DNA from: an uncultured Methanosarcinales archaeon
Lineage (GTDB): Archaea > Nanobdellota > Nanobdellia > Woesearchaeales > CAZYIM01
Assembly (NCBI GenBank): GCA_964647565.1
Contig: CAZYIM010000002.1
Location: 16,235-80,234 of the forward strand
Reading direction: 5' to 3'
Length of the DNA stretch: 64,000 nt
Position numbers and translations under genes: made by a program. Within the stretch, counting starts at the first letter, position 1, and each line of letters starts with the position of its first letter. Positions 19,538-29,711 of the stretch are shown in pieces. The notes beneath the pieces were generated by a model. That model saw only the letters and a program-made list of their open reading frames with translations. It ran no database searches and was not told where the DNA came from.

Positions 19538-22500
19538 ATAAAAAAAGTAGGTTGGGTTTTAGTTGTTATTGCATTACTGCTTCTTAGTTCTATCTTCATC
19601 TATGCAGATGGTGATGAGGGTGAAGGAGAGGAGAATGAGAATCCTACTGACTTAAACAAGGTCATCGGCACTCCTGATGACAGGTTTGAGGTTGTGCCTA
19701 CCAATTTCCAGAACATAGATCTTTTTTCTGGGGAGATTAGCGAGTCAATCCCGCTTTTTAGTTTGTCTGGCAGATCAGGCATGGGATTTTCGCTCGCTGC
19801 AAGCTATACCTCGAATTATGATGCTGAGAAAGAGAACAGCGAGCAGCCTGCTGGCTGGCTTGGACTTGGCTGGAACTTTGGATTTGGGGCTGTTACTGCG
19901 AATACAAAGGGAACCGCTAATTTTGAGGATGACACCTTCTATCTTAATAATGAGAAGCTTATCAAGATCCCTGGAACAGAGAACCAGTACAAGCTGAAGA
20001 ATTATCGTTATGTCAAGATCTTTCGGGTGGTAAAAGACAGCAAGATCAACTATTGGGTTGTCTATAATGAGGATGGTTCGATGACCATCTTTGGCCAGGT
20101 GCCCAATGCTATTTCATATATGATCGGCAAGGGCGACTGGGTTGGCAATGTCTTTGAGGGTGATACTGAGCTTACGCCCACTGCTTGGCATCTCTACCGG
20201 CAGTCTGATGGCTTTGGTAATAAAGTGACTTATCAGTATCAGAAGACCGATGAATATCTTAAGTCTGACAGTTGGCAGTCCAAGTATCCATATACAAAAG
20301 CCATCTATCCTAAAAAGGTGATAGATACAATTGGGAGGGAGATTGTGTTTAATCTTGCTAACAAGGAAATTGATGAATATTACGATCCTTATCCATTTCC
20401 AGAGCCAGATTCCTATATAGAGTTTTATGAAGATAAATATCTGGACAACATTGTTGTCTATAATCCAGATAAGACTCAGTCACAATCTGTGACATTTGAA
20501 TATGAGCTGGTTGGAAGTGGTCAGTTCAAGAAGAGGCTTTTAAAATCAATAACCAAGTCTATATATAATGGCGGCCAATGGAATCCGCTTCCAAAGACAG
20601 TCTTTAACTATAATGCTGTTTCTGAGTTAAAGCCTGCGGCTCTTAAGAAGATCGAGCATCCTACAGGCGGTTCGACAGAGTACCAATATAAGGAACAGGA
20701 GTTGGCTTACACCAAGCTTGACGGTTCGCTTCAACAAGATCAGACTCAGGTCGGTTATCTTGGCAACAACTATATGGTTGTCAAGCATGGTTCTGTTAAA
20801 AGCAATAACTATTATTTCCTTGGGAAATATTCTGTTGCCAGAGACATCAGTGTGTATAACTGGGATGGCCATAAGTGGGCGGACAAGCAGGATTTTGCAA
20901 TTAGCACTGACAAGAGGAATCTTCACATCCATTCAGGCCCTGATTATTTCCTTGTAAGGCCTGTCCAGTCTGACGAGTTTACTATGTTCCAACGGCATGG
21001 GGATAAATGGGAAAAGGAGACAACTATTAAGTTTGATCACCAGTTTGAGATAAGTGGAAACCTTGATCTTGCTGAACAGACCTATGTTACAGAGAAAGAG
21101 ATTTCAGTCTATCCGATGCAGGACAATCTTTTCTTGGTCTATGGTAGGAATCATCATAAGGTCAAGGCATATCATAAGAAGCTGAATGCTCAGAACAGAG
21201 TTGAATGGAGTCAGGTTACTCTTCCTAAGCATCAGTTCTCTGGTTATGTCAGAGTCTGGCCAAGCAATAATTTCTTTGTGCTCAGACATGGTTCTGAAGG
21301 AAAGAAGATTGATGTCTATAACTGGGAGAATGACAAATGGATCAGGAAGAACAATGCAATGAATATCGGTGCTGGAGTCATGGATGTTACTGTCGGAGAT
21401 GATTTCTTCATAATAACAGATGCAGACAAGAAACTGCATATCTATGAGTTCAAGGGTGATTCATGGGTTGAGGTCCAAAATAAAAATTTGGCTAATAGCC
21501 ATCTGGCCAAGGTCTCTGCTGGAAATAACTTTTTTGTATTGGGATATTTTAACGGGGATAATGTAAAGCTCTTTGAGAGGATTAACAATCATCAGTGGCA
21601 GATAGAGTCCTCTGCAAAAACCCTTTTTACATCTTCAAGTGGTCATAAGATCTTTGATGTCTTTGCTAATAATAAATATATAGCTATTGTCACGAGAAAG
21701 AAAACAGATCACAGCCACACATATTATTTTACTGTCTTCAATAAGATCAATAACCAGTGGGTGCAGAAAAAGACCAATGAGAAAATCGGCAAGGTATTTA
21801 CTCAGGGTCAGTATCAACTCCAGGAGAACAACTGGAGATATAGCGATATATCTGCCCAGGTCTCTTTTGGTAAGGATCTGTTGACAGTTTCATTATTGGA
21901 CACCACGTATCAACAGACAGAGAGTTTTGATGTTATAGCTCCTGATAATCCGATTAATCCTAATTATCAGGCTTATCAGAGATGTAATGCTAATTACCAG
22001 GCCTGCCTGACACCTTGTGAATCATATAACACCAATTCATATGGTGGTCAGTTCCCATTGCAGGAATGCCAGCTTGATTGCGGTTCGTGGAACAATAATA
22101 CCTTTTGTTTCTCTGTCAATGAATTATACAGCAGTGTTTGTGAAAGTTTTAAGAGCTGCCTGACTGGATTTGCCAGTTCATGGTCTAATAAGTTATTGAG
22201 TTGCCAGAGCCAATGCAAGAGTGATTGCAGCACTGCAGAATCCAACTATGTTCCTGCTGCTAACTATCAATATGACCAGTGCAGAAGGGGTTGTGCTGAT
22301 GCATATGAGTATAACCGGGACGGTTTTAGCTGTGCCAAATGTTTTTGGTCTGATTTAGGTGAAATATGTAATTTTGGTGAATGCAGTTGGGATAAATTGG
22401 GTGGTGGCGTTAGTGCTGCCAGATGTCATAAGGACCACTATGAGTATCCTCTTTCCAAATATTTGTTTAATGTTGGTGGAAGCAAGAAAGCCTATTATTT

Positions 22501-23383
22501 TGATGGCACTGATTGGCAGGTCCTTGATGACAGTGAGGAGGACATGGCCTTGCAGTTTGAAATAGACCAACGGCAAGGAACTTCTGTAGGTTTCTTTGAT
22601 TCCAGGGTCCTTGAATATGACTATGGTTTTGCTACACCTGAACTTTATTATGATACTATTGCATTGGCTGGTCCTAAAGTGGATAAGAACAACCTGCCTA
22701 AGATGACCAAGTTCTACAAGTCTGCTAAGAACAGGGCAAAGGGCAATGCAGTGACTTATCCAATACAATCCAAGATTGTGGATGATGGTATTGGCCAGAA
22801 GATTACATATAGTTTTGACTTTGCAGAGGGCAAGCATGACTCAACCTTAAATACTGTTCAGTTCCATAAGGCCACTGTTAACATGCCTGCAAATTCAGGT
22901 AGGATTGTAAATTATTTCTACAATGGATTGAGCAAGGAGGATGGCAGCCAGTTCCCTGACAAGGTTGGAGGTCTTAATTTTGAAAAACTAAATGGTCTCA
23001 CATACAAGTCTGAGACTCTGGCAGCAGACAGCAGCAAGGTTGGAGAGTCCTATAACCAATATGAAATTATCAACAAGGGCCACTCGTCTTTCCTTGTACG
23101 CGGAACAAAATCAGAGACCAGTGTTGATGGAGTTACTTTGTTTACTGAATACGAGTTTAATGAACTTAATGGCATGCCTAAGAAGACCATTGTCTATGAC
23201 GCAAAGAATCCATCTAAGAAGCTCATCACTGAATCAAGATTTGCATTTGAGCAATATCCTGAAATGAAGGTTTACAATATGCTTACACAGCCCTTTGAGA
23301 CCAAGACATATATTAATACACAGCTTGTCAGGGTCAATAAGGTTGCATATAAAAATTGGAAAATCAGCGGAGGCGGTAACTAG
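19538..23383 (+). CDS. Rhs/YD shell N-terminal subunit (SpvB/TcB-like start, beta-propeller-like middle, Cys-rich insert); probable AUA start
   Basis: IDLFSGEISESIPLFSLSGRSG..LAASYTS..GWLGLGW, KKIEHPTGGSTEYQY. The frame is open from 19505 and encodes a signal peptide (IKKVGWVLVVIALLLLSSIFIYA) upstream of the track's GTG at 19694. Confidence 0.75.
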   Translation: MKKVGWVLVVIALLLLSSIFIYADGDEGEGEENENPTDLNKVIGTPDDRFEVVPTNFQNIDLFSGEISESIPLFSLSGRSGMGFSLAASYTSNYDAEKENSEQPAGWLGLGWNFGFGAVTANTKGTANFEDDTFYLNNEKLIKIPGTENQYKLKNYRYVKIFRVVKDSKINYWVVYNEDGSMTIFGQVPNAISYMIGKGDWVGNVFEGDTELTPTAWHLYRQSDGFGNKVTYQYQKTDEYLKSDSWQSKYPYTKAIYPKKVIDTIGREIVFNLANKEIDEYYDPYPFPEPDSYIEFYEDKYLDNIVVYNPDKTQSQSVTFEYELVGSGQFKKRLLKSITKSIYNGGQWNPLPKTVFNYNAVSELKPAALKKIEHPTGGSTEYQYKEQELAYTKLDGSLQQDQTQVGYLGNNYMVVKHGSVKSNNYYFLGKYSVARDISVYNWDGHKWADKQDFAISTDKRNLHIHSGPDYFLVRPVQSDEFTMFQRHGDKWEKETTIKFDHQFEISGNLDLAEQTYVTEKEISVYPMQDNLFLVYGRNHHKVKAYHKKLNAQNRVEWSQVTLPKHQFSGYVRVWPSNNFFVLRHGSEGKKIDVYNWENDKWIRKNNAMNIGAGVMDVTVGDDFFIITDADKKLHIYEFKGDSWVEVQNKNLANSHLAKVSAGNNFFVLGYFNGDNVKLFERINNHQWQIESSAKTLFTSSSGHKIFDVFANNKYIAIVTRKKTDHSHTYYFTVFNKINNQWVQKKTNEKIGKVFTQGQYQLQENNWRYSDISAQVSFGKDLLTVSLLDTTYQQTESFDVIAPDNPINPNYQAYQRCNANYQACLTPCESYNTNSYGGQFPLQECQLDCGSWNNNTFCFSVNELYSSVCESFKSCLTGFASSWSNKLLSCQSQCKSDCSTAESNYVPAANYQYDQCRRGCADAYEYNRDGFSCAKCFWSDLGEICNFGECSWDKLGGGVSAARCHKDHYEYPLSKYLFNVGGSKKAYYFDGTDWQVLDDSEEDMALQFEIDQRQGTSVGFFDSRVLEYDYGFATPELYYDTIALAGPKVDKNNLPKMTKFYKSAKNRAKGNAVTYPIQSKIVDDGIGQKITYSFDFAEGKHDSTLNTVQFHKATVNMPANSGRIVNYFYNGLSKEDGSQFPDKVGGLNFEKLNGLTYKSETLAADSSKVGESYNQYEIINKGHSSFLVRGTKSETSVDGVTLFTEYEFNELNGMPKKTIVYDAKNPSKKLITESRFAFEQYPEMKVYNMLTQPFETKTYINTQLVRVNKVAYKNWKISGGGN

Positions 23384-25893
23384 TGGTTTACCGATTGATC
23401 CATAGGATTTGCATATTATTGATGATTTTGGCACTTTTTACCAGCTTTGCATATGCGCTTCCTGTTGGCGGAGTTTGTGAATGTGTGGCTGATGAGCAAC
23501 GGGATAGTGATGGAAATTATGAATATACCTGCGAACTGGAATGTGAATGTGCTTCAAACTATGGACCGCCCAATACAGGATGTGAGATGAGACGTCCATT
23601 TAATCCAAATAACCCTTGTATGCCGACTGGTTCCCTTGAATGTGTATGCGAGCCGACTTGTGACTGGGAATCTGCTCCTGAGTGTGCAGAGAGTATAAGC
23701 GATGGCTGCTCGGGCAGCTGTACGCGGGATTCGGATGAAGCGAGTTGTTCTGATGGTGATGGAAGGTGTCTTAATGGTGTCTGCAGGACTTTTGGCACCC
23801 TTGCTTATGCACCTACTATAACCTCTGCATGGAAGGATTCTAACTCAAATAATAATCTGGAAGCGAGTGAATATCAGAAAGTACAGGAAGTGGTAAGCAT
23901 TGATGTATATGGTAATGTCGAACAGACCAAGGATGCCAGGGGTAATTCACAATACACCCGGTTTGACAGTGTGGTCAATGCATTTCCAGTCAAGGGCTGG
24001 AACGATGGTATGGGCAACGAAAATGTTCCTGCCTGGCAGATTGTCTATAGGCCTGATTGGGTGCCTATAGAGACTGTTGATGCCAATCAACAGAAGACCA
24101 GGATAACTTATGATCAATATAACAGGCCTGTGGAGGTCTATAGTCCTAAAGACCTGAATTCGCAGCCGACGGTTACATATGAGTATGCGTTTTGGTCAAG
24201 TGCAAAAGAACCCAATCTGGTCATAACCAAGACCAAGTTGGATGACTCCAAGAAGATGGTTATGTCATCTCATTTTGATGGTGTTGGAAGGTCTCACCAG
24301 AGTGAGGTCCAGGCAGATTCGAGTTCTGATATTGTTTTCCTGAATACTTATAACTCAAGAGGTCTTGAAGAGAAAAGTTACAAGCCTATCAGACGAGGAG
24401 GTGTTATCAATAAAAATTTTATAACTGCTAATGCCGTTGCTGAGACAAGACAGAAATTCATGTCAGTATCTGAGAAATCAAGTTTGGTTGGCAGTGAGAA
24501 GTTTATCAAGAAAGAGTATTATGCTGATCCACTTGGCAGGATAAAGAAAGTGATCTCTTATGATCCTAGTTCCTTCTCAACCATGGAATATGTTAATGCT
24601 AATGGAAATAAAATAGTGGTTGCGAGGGATGCAAATGGCCATTATACAAGATCTACTTATGATGCCTTTGATAATCTTATCAAGATGGAGGAGAATTCTG
24701 CAGATGATACCAGTTACCTTTATACAACCACATATGAATATGATCTGCTTGGCCAGCTGTTGAAAGTGACTGGTCCCAGGGGCTTGGTGTCAACGAATAC
24801 TTATAATTCACTTGGACAACTGGTAAGTTCTACTGAGCCTGACAGGGGCACAACCACATTTAGCTATGACAAAAATGGCAATCTTGTCACTAAGACTGAT
24901 GCCAAGGGCATAACAATCAAATATGAATATGACAAGCTTAATCGCTTGACCAAGACTGACTATCCCAATTCTGTTGATACTGTCCAAGGTTATGATGTAT
25001 GCCTGAATGGCAAGGGCAAGTTGTGCAGGGTTTCAGATGCTTCGGGGATTATGGAGTTTGAGTATGATGCGAATGGCAATGTGATTAAGGAAGTCAAGAA
25101 GATCAATGCTTTTGGCGTAGGCAAGACATTTACCATGCTTTATGAGTATGACTCTGCAGGCAATGTTTTGAGCCAGCAGATCTATGGCAGGCCTGCAATA
25201 TCTTATGCGTATAATATCATGGGCCAGCTTGCGAGTGTCTCTAGGGACAATGTGCTTCTGGCATCATTTACCTATACTGACACTGGGGCACTTAAGGATA
25301 TGCTCTATAAATATAATGGTAGGGCTGTTGCAACCATGAGCTACACCTATAATCTTAATGAATGGCTTGAGGCTATTGATGCGAGAGCTGGTGCTGATGC
25401 TGTTTTCCAGAGGACTTATAAGTATGATCCTGTTGGCAACCTGAAAAAGAAATTTGACGATATTTCGAGTACTAAACTGTTGGCTGATTATGGCTATGAT
25501 CCGATGGACAGGCTTAAAGAGGTCATTGGTATGGATTATTATGGTAAGGATATCAGCTTTACCTATGATGCTGCGGGCAATAGGTTGACCAGGAATGCCT
25601 ATAATTATAGTTATGGAAGTTCCAATAATAGATTGGTTGAAGATTCAGCTTTCAGCTACACCTATGATGTCAATGGTAACATGCAGACCAGGACCAATAA
25701 GCAGACATCTGAGATTACCACATATTTCTATGATGCTGAGAACAGATTGGTAAGGATAGAGCTTCCTTCTGGAATTGTCAATGCGTTTGCCTATGATATG
25801 AATGGCTTGAGAGCCGTGAAGAAAGACTCGAGAGGTACCACCCTATATGTCTATGACATGGGTGGTAATGTGATTTATGAAAAAACAATTTAA
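23383..25893 (+). CDS. Rhs/YD-repeat shell middle subunit with own signal peptide and Cys-rich N-domain
   Basis: Signal ending in SFAYA, ~110-aa Cys-rich block, then many YD repeats (YDLLGQL, YDKNGNL, YDAAGNR, YDAENRL). Lacks the DPxG core. Confidence 0.9.
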   Translation: MVYRLIHRICILLMILALFTSFAYALPVGGVCECVADEQRDSDGNYEYTCELECECASNYGPPNTGCEMRRPFNPNNPCMPTGSLECVCEPTCDWESAPECAESISDGCSGSCTRDSDEASCSDGDGRCLNGVCRTFGTLAYAPTITSAWKDSNSNNNLEASEYQKVQEVVSIDVYGNVEQTKDARGNSQYTRFDSVVNAFPVKGWNDGMGNENVPAWQIVYRPDWVPIETVDANQQKTRITYDQYNRPVEVYSPKDLNSQPTVTYEYAFWSSAKEPNLVITKTKLDDSKKMVMSSHFDGVGRSHQSEVQADSSSDIVFLNTYNSRGLEEKSYKPIRRGGVINKNFITANAVAETRQKFMSVSEKSSLVGSEKFIKKEYYADPLGRIKKVISYDPSSFSTMEYVNANGNKIVVARDANGHYTRSTYDAFDNLIKMEENSADDTSYLYTTTYEYDLLGQLLKVTGPRGLVSTNTYNSLGQLVSSTEPDRGTTTFSYDKNGNLVTKTDAKGITIKYEYDKLNRLTKTDYPNSVDTVQGYDVCLNGKGKLCRVSDASGIMEFEYDANGNVIKEVKKINAFGVGKTFTMLYEYDSAGNVLSQQIYGRPAISYAYNIMGQLASVSRDNVLLASFTYTDTGALKDMLYKYNGRAVATMSYTYNLNEWLEAIDARAGADAVFQRTYKYDPVGNLKKKFDDISSTKLLADYGYDPMDRLKEVIGMDYYGKDISFTYDAAGNRLTRNAYNYSYGSSNNRLVEDSAFSYTYDVNGNMQTRTNKQTSEITTYFYDAENRLVRIELPSGIVNAFAYDMNGLRAVKKDSRGTTLYVYDMGGNVIYEKTI

Positions 25894-25894
25894 G

Positions 25895-27286
25895 ATGAGA
25901 AATGACCGCTTCGTATTGGTGATTGTGGCAGTAGTTGCTATAATTGGCTTGATCTTTGTTTTTCTTAGTAATAATCTTGGAACTGGCACTGGGTTGGCTG
26001 GTGCTGGAATCAGTTGTGCTTCTGTTTGTCATGATGGAGGTTATAGTCGTGGTTTTTGTCTGCCTTCAAGTGCTGGTTGTGCAATTCCAGGCAGTGTTCA
26101 TGAGTCTGATGCAGATGTTTTTTGCACTGATAAGTTGTCTATTGATGCTTTTTGTTGCTGTAAGGCTGGTGTTCAGGGATCTTTAGATGATGATAAAAAT
26201 GTTCAATCTGTAGAGGTTGGTACTGAGTTTGTCTATGCTGCTGGTCAGAGGATTGCTAAGATACGGGGTAATGATGTGTTTTTCTTTGTCAATGATCATT
26301 TGGGCAGTCCGAGGAAGGTTCTTAATGCTGTTAGTGCTGTTGTTTCTGAGCTTGATTACTTGCCATTTGGTACTGAGATGACAGATAGCAATGAGGATTT
26401 CAAATATACTGGAAAAGAACAAGACTTGGATAGTGGTTTACATTATTATGGTGCGAGATATTATGATGCTGATATAGGCAGATTCATAACTCCTGATACT
26501 GTTGAAGCGTTTCCTAATCCGTATGTATATGTTGCCAACAATCCGATGAAGTATATTGATCCCACTGGACAACAGATAGATTACAACGATGAATTCAAGA
26601 AAGCCTGGGGTGAAGGGTTTAGGGTTATTGCAGCGACCGCAGGGGGATCACCAGGTAACCAAAGGGGGACACAAGGCGCTTGGGAGAGGGTTCAATCGGT
26701 AACTCAAGGTTATATGATTGGAGGAGATTTCAATTTAAGGGAATTCGATTTCAAGAACATCTTTGGTAAGAATTATCATGAAGGTATCGGGGAGAAATGG
26801 AGTGATTTTATTCTTGAGGAGACTAAAGACCTTGTCGCACAATCAGGTGCTGAGTATGATACGGGGACGACTTGTGCTGGCTTTGGGCTTTACCTTTTGT
26901 TCAAGTTCGCAAATAAGATGGATTATGATACTGTTTCCCTGAATCTTGAGCGTGGAGGTGTGAATGATAATTGGGTCAGAATTTTTAACAAGGCATCTGT
27001 CCGTGAGCTTGAGAGCGATAACAGGAAATGGGGTAATTATAAAGCTACTTTTAAAACTAATAAGGTCAAGGATTCATGGTTTCAGCAGGGTCCTTTGGCT
27101 AGCACTAATAATATTGAAAGGAATTCACGTCTTATTAAGGGATCCGCCAAGACAAGTGGTCTAAATAAGCATACTGCTGAAGATATATTGGAACAGCCGG
27201 CAGGTACAATCTTGTTTGAATCTCACGAGGGTAGAAGTTGGGGGCACACCACCATAATAATCAATAAGAATGATGTGCCAAAATAA
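25895..27286 (+). CDS. Rhs core-toxin cassette 2: TM/signal, Cys-rich module, Rhs-associated core, C-terminal putative papain/NlpC-like domain
   Basis: NDHLGSPR...YYGARYYDADIGRFITPD...NPMKYIDPTG; C-terminal TTCAGF and GTILF...WGHTTII. Alternative start at 25877. Confidence 0.88.
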   Translation: MRNDRFVLVIVAVVAIIGLIFVFLSNNLGTGTGLAGAGISCASVCHDGGYSRGFCLPSSAGCAIPGSVHESDADVFCTDKLSIDAFCCCKAGVQGSLDDDKNVQSVEVGTEFVYAAGQRIAKIRGNDVFFFVNDHLGSPRKVLNAVSAVVSELDYLPFGTEMTDSNEDFKYTGKEQDLDSGLHYYGARYYDADIGRFITPDTVEAFPNPYVYVANNPMKYIDPTGQQIDYNDEFKKAWGEGFRVIAATAGGSPGNQRGTQGAWERVQSVTQGYMIGGDFNLREFDFKNIFGKNYHEGIGEKWSDFILEETKDLVAQSGAEYDTGTTCAGFGLYLLFKFANKMDYDTVSLNLERGGVNDNWVRIFNKASVRELESDNRKWGNYKATFKTNKVKDSWFQQGPLASTNNIERNSRLIKGSAKTSGLNKHTAEDILEQPAGTILFESHEGRSWGHTTIIINKNDVPK

Positions 27287-27292
27287 GAGACT

Positions 27293-28324
27293 CTAGTTCT
27301 TGTATTGGCAGAATTTATGCATATAACTGTTATGATCATCTTTTGTTAATTTCACGCCCAAACCTTTTCCAAATCCTTGGAAGGTCTTGAATGACTGCTC
27401 ATGTTCGCCATCCATATATTGTAGCTTTGCCTTAAAAAGAGAGAGATAGCTGTCATTTCCAAGATTATTAGCTTCTTTCAGTTCATCATAGAGCTTTTTG
27501 GCCATATCAAGATTACGTTCTATCTCGTCATATTCGATCAGAGCGTTGTATTTTATCATCGACTCAATCTTTGCACTATCTGTGGCTGCAATGAATTCAA
27601 CATCTTTACTTTTGTCATCAATCTTGTAATTGAATGTTCTTGTTTCAGGATCAAAGCTGAAATAATCCACCCCGTCAAAATAGGTAAGGTAGCTATGTCC
27701 TTTTGTAACAGTTAGATGGACTGGGATTTCAAGATATTCACATATCTTCATCTCTGTTATTGATTTCCCGTCGCAATCCAATTGATCATTGACCAGACCG
27801 TTCGCTAGCCTGTTTGCATTCCTGAACGTCTTGTCATCTTCTGGATTTTTAATGAATTCTGTCTTTTCACTGATTATTTCATCAATTCGTTCAATAGCCT
27901 GCATTGAAAGCAAGCTTTGACTAGTGTTTGTTTTAGAATCTCCTGCAGTTATCTTAGTTTTTACTTCATCTATATTGTTGAATTCTTGGTCATATATTGA
28001 AAAGTCTTGTCTGGCGACGAACATGCTTCTCATTATGTCATTTATGACTGAGTCTTCTTCTACGATGATATTGTAATTGTTTATTTTAGCTTGTGCAGCC
28101 ATAATTTGTTCATCTGAAATAGGTTTTTGTGAGAATGCAAAGATTTCTTTTTCCTTTTCTAGAACATAGTCGATATTACTGTTTTCTGGGTTGACAGTTT
28201 GGGATATTGAAGTGGTTTCTTCTTTATTGATGTGGGTTGATTTGTAACTTCCCACACAATTTGAGGCGAACATAGTTACACCCATTAAGATTAAGAGAGC
28301 TTTCTTCATGAAATTGCGTTTCAT
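27293..28324 (-). CDS. Secreted or lipoprotein transglutaminase-like protein
   Basis: Signal with FASNC; putative triad DCDGKS / GHSYL / FDPE. Confidence 0.6.
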   Translation of the reverse strand: MKRNFMKKALLILMGVTMFASNCVGSYKSTHINKEETTSISQTVNPENSNIDYVLEKEKEIFAFSQKPISDEQIMAAQAKINNYNIIVEEDSVINDIMRSMFVARQDFSIYDQEFNNIDEVKTKITAGDSKTNTSQSLLSMQAIERIDEIISEKTEFIKNPEDDKTFRNANRLANGLVNDQLDCDGKSITEMKICEYLEIPVHLTVTKGHSYLTYFDGVDYFSFDPETRTFNYKIDDKSKDVEFIAATDSAKIESMIKYNALIEYDEIERNLDMAKKLYDELKEANNLGNDSYLSLFKAKLQYMDGEHEQSFKTFQGFGKGLGVKLTKDDHNSYMHKFCQYKN

Positions 28325-28418
28325 ATACTATTAATTGATTTAGACATTTATAAATCTTTCGATTTTTACTACTGTTTAATAGTTATAGAATTTGATGAGA
28401 AATCTAGTCAGTTTAAGC

Positions 28419-29711
28419 TTATTTTCTTAGACTTTCTTTTGCCCTGACGATCTTGAAATCAGTCGGATACAGGAATCTAAGTTCTTCCACGATTGGTTCC
28501 TTGAACAGGGTGTGTAATACCTCATCTTCAGGACCTAAATAACCTAATGGTGCGTTGTCCGCTGCAAGCAAGCCCACATGTCTATTCCATAGGACAATAT
28601 CTCCGATCTTAGCGCCACCCTGGCCTATCTTTACTAGTTTGCCGTGATTTGTATATAACTCATCTGAAACGGAATTCTTCACAGAGGCAATCTCATTTAC
28701 ATAAGGACCTAAAGTCATGCTGCCTCCGTATGGCAGATTGCCATAACCAGAGAGTCTATGGGCCGCTACCACAAAATCAGCACAATCAGCTCCGACAAAA
28801 TGTTCTGCCTGGTTGTCAAATTTATTACCAGTTAAACTAGCACTACCCCATATATAAGGATTGTTGCATAAGGCGTATGCGTTATCAAGTATGATAATGC
28901 CAGTATTTCCTTTTTTTGAAATTCTGTGAACATCATCAGAAATCCCGCCCTTAAACCTTGATTCTGAGCTCTTTGAAGCACTTATGCCATCTTTATAACG
29001 GATTTCTGCCATATACCTCATTGTGCCGACAGGAATTCCATCAACAAAGACGGGATCAAGTATTGTGGGTTTTACATTTGCTTGTATCTTAAATCCCTTC
29101 CATGACGTCTTGGTTTCTTTATACTTTAGTGTTGCCCAATGCCATGAAGGATGGGTGTTAGAGTAGTAAAGATGATCTGAATTACTTTCAATTTTAAACC
29201 AATTTACTGATACGTCTTCGAATTTAGATGGATCCAGGATGTTTTCCGGACTTATGATCTCATTATTAATCTTTAATTTGGGTGTGGCTGATATATACTT
29301 AATAAGACCATCATTATCCTTAACTTTTAATACAGCATATAGGACAGGATCCTCAGAATGGCTTATTATCTTATTTGCATTAGAAGCATATCCTGTGCTA
29401 TCCTCTGATGTAATAACTACATCATTTAGAAGCAGATCATTGATATGTGTAATTTTTTTTGTTTGGGGTTTAATAATGATCTCTGTCTCTTTTACTAACG
29501 TAGAAACAGCTCTTGTATCAATATTAAATGGTGGGGGACTAAATTTATTGTCTTCTTCAAATCTAGATGCGAATTTAGGTTGGTTATATGAATATGGTTG
29601 AGGATTCTGGGCGGGAATTTTTTTTCCTAATGCGAATAGGCCGAGGCATACTCCTGATACTATCAGGATAGTTTCTTTTAAAAAATCCCTTCTACGCCTA
29701 TTCTTAATCAT
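28419..29711 (-). CDS. Tat-signal NlpC/P60-family cysteine hydrolase
   Basis: RRRRDFLK twin-arginine signal; PYIWGS, GADCADFV, GDIVLWNRHVGL. Confidence 0.78.
   Translation of the reverse strand: MIKNRRRRDFLKETILIVSGVCLGLFALGKKIPAQNPQPYSYNQPKFASRFEEDNKFSPPPFNIDTRAVSTLVKETEIIIKPQTKKITHINDLLLNDVVITSEDSTGYASNANKIISHSEDPVLYAVLKVKDNDGLIKYISATPKLKINNEIISPENILDPSKFEDVSVNWFKIESNSDHLYYSNTHPSWHWATLKYKETKTSWKGFKIQANVKPTILDPVFVDGIPVGTMRYMAEIRYKDGISASKSSESRFKGGISDDVHRISKKGNTGIIILDNAYALCNNPYIWGSASLTGNKFDNQAEHFVGADCADFVVAAHRLSGYGNLPYGGSMTLGPYVNEIASVKNSVSDELYTNHGKLVKIGQGGAKIGDIVLWNRHVGLLAADNAPLGYLGPEDEVLHTLFKEPIVEELRFLYPTDFKIVRAKESLRK

Noticed and set aside
23340..26230. mRNA introns or inteins rejoining the split Rhs genes
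   Set aside because: The intervening segments encode coherent signal peptides and conserved Cys modules. I saw no BHB motifs or intein termini at the junctions.
17938..26570. Diversity-generating retroelement (TR/VR pair) between the two Rhs cassettes
   Set aside because: Differences affect C as well as A and include indels, divergence is too high, and no reverse transcriptase is encoded in the window.
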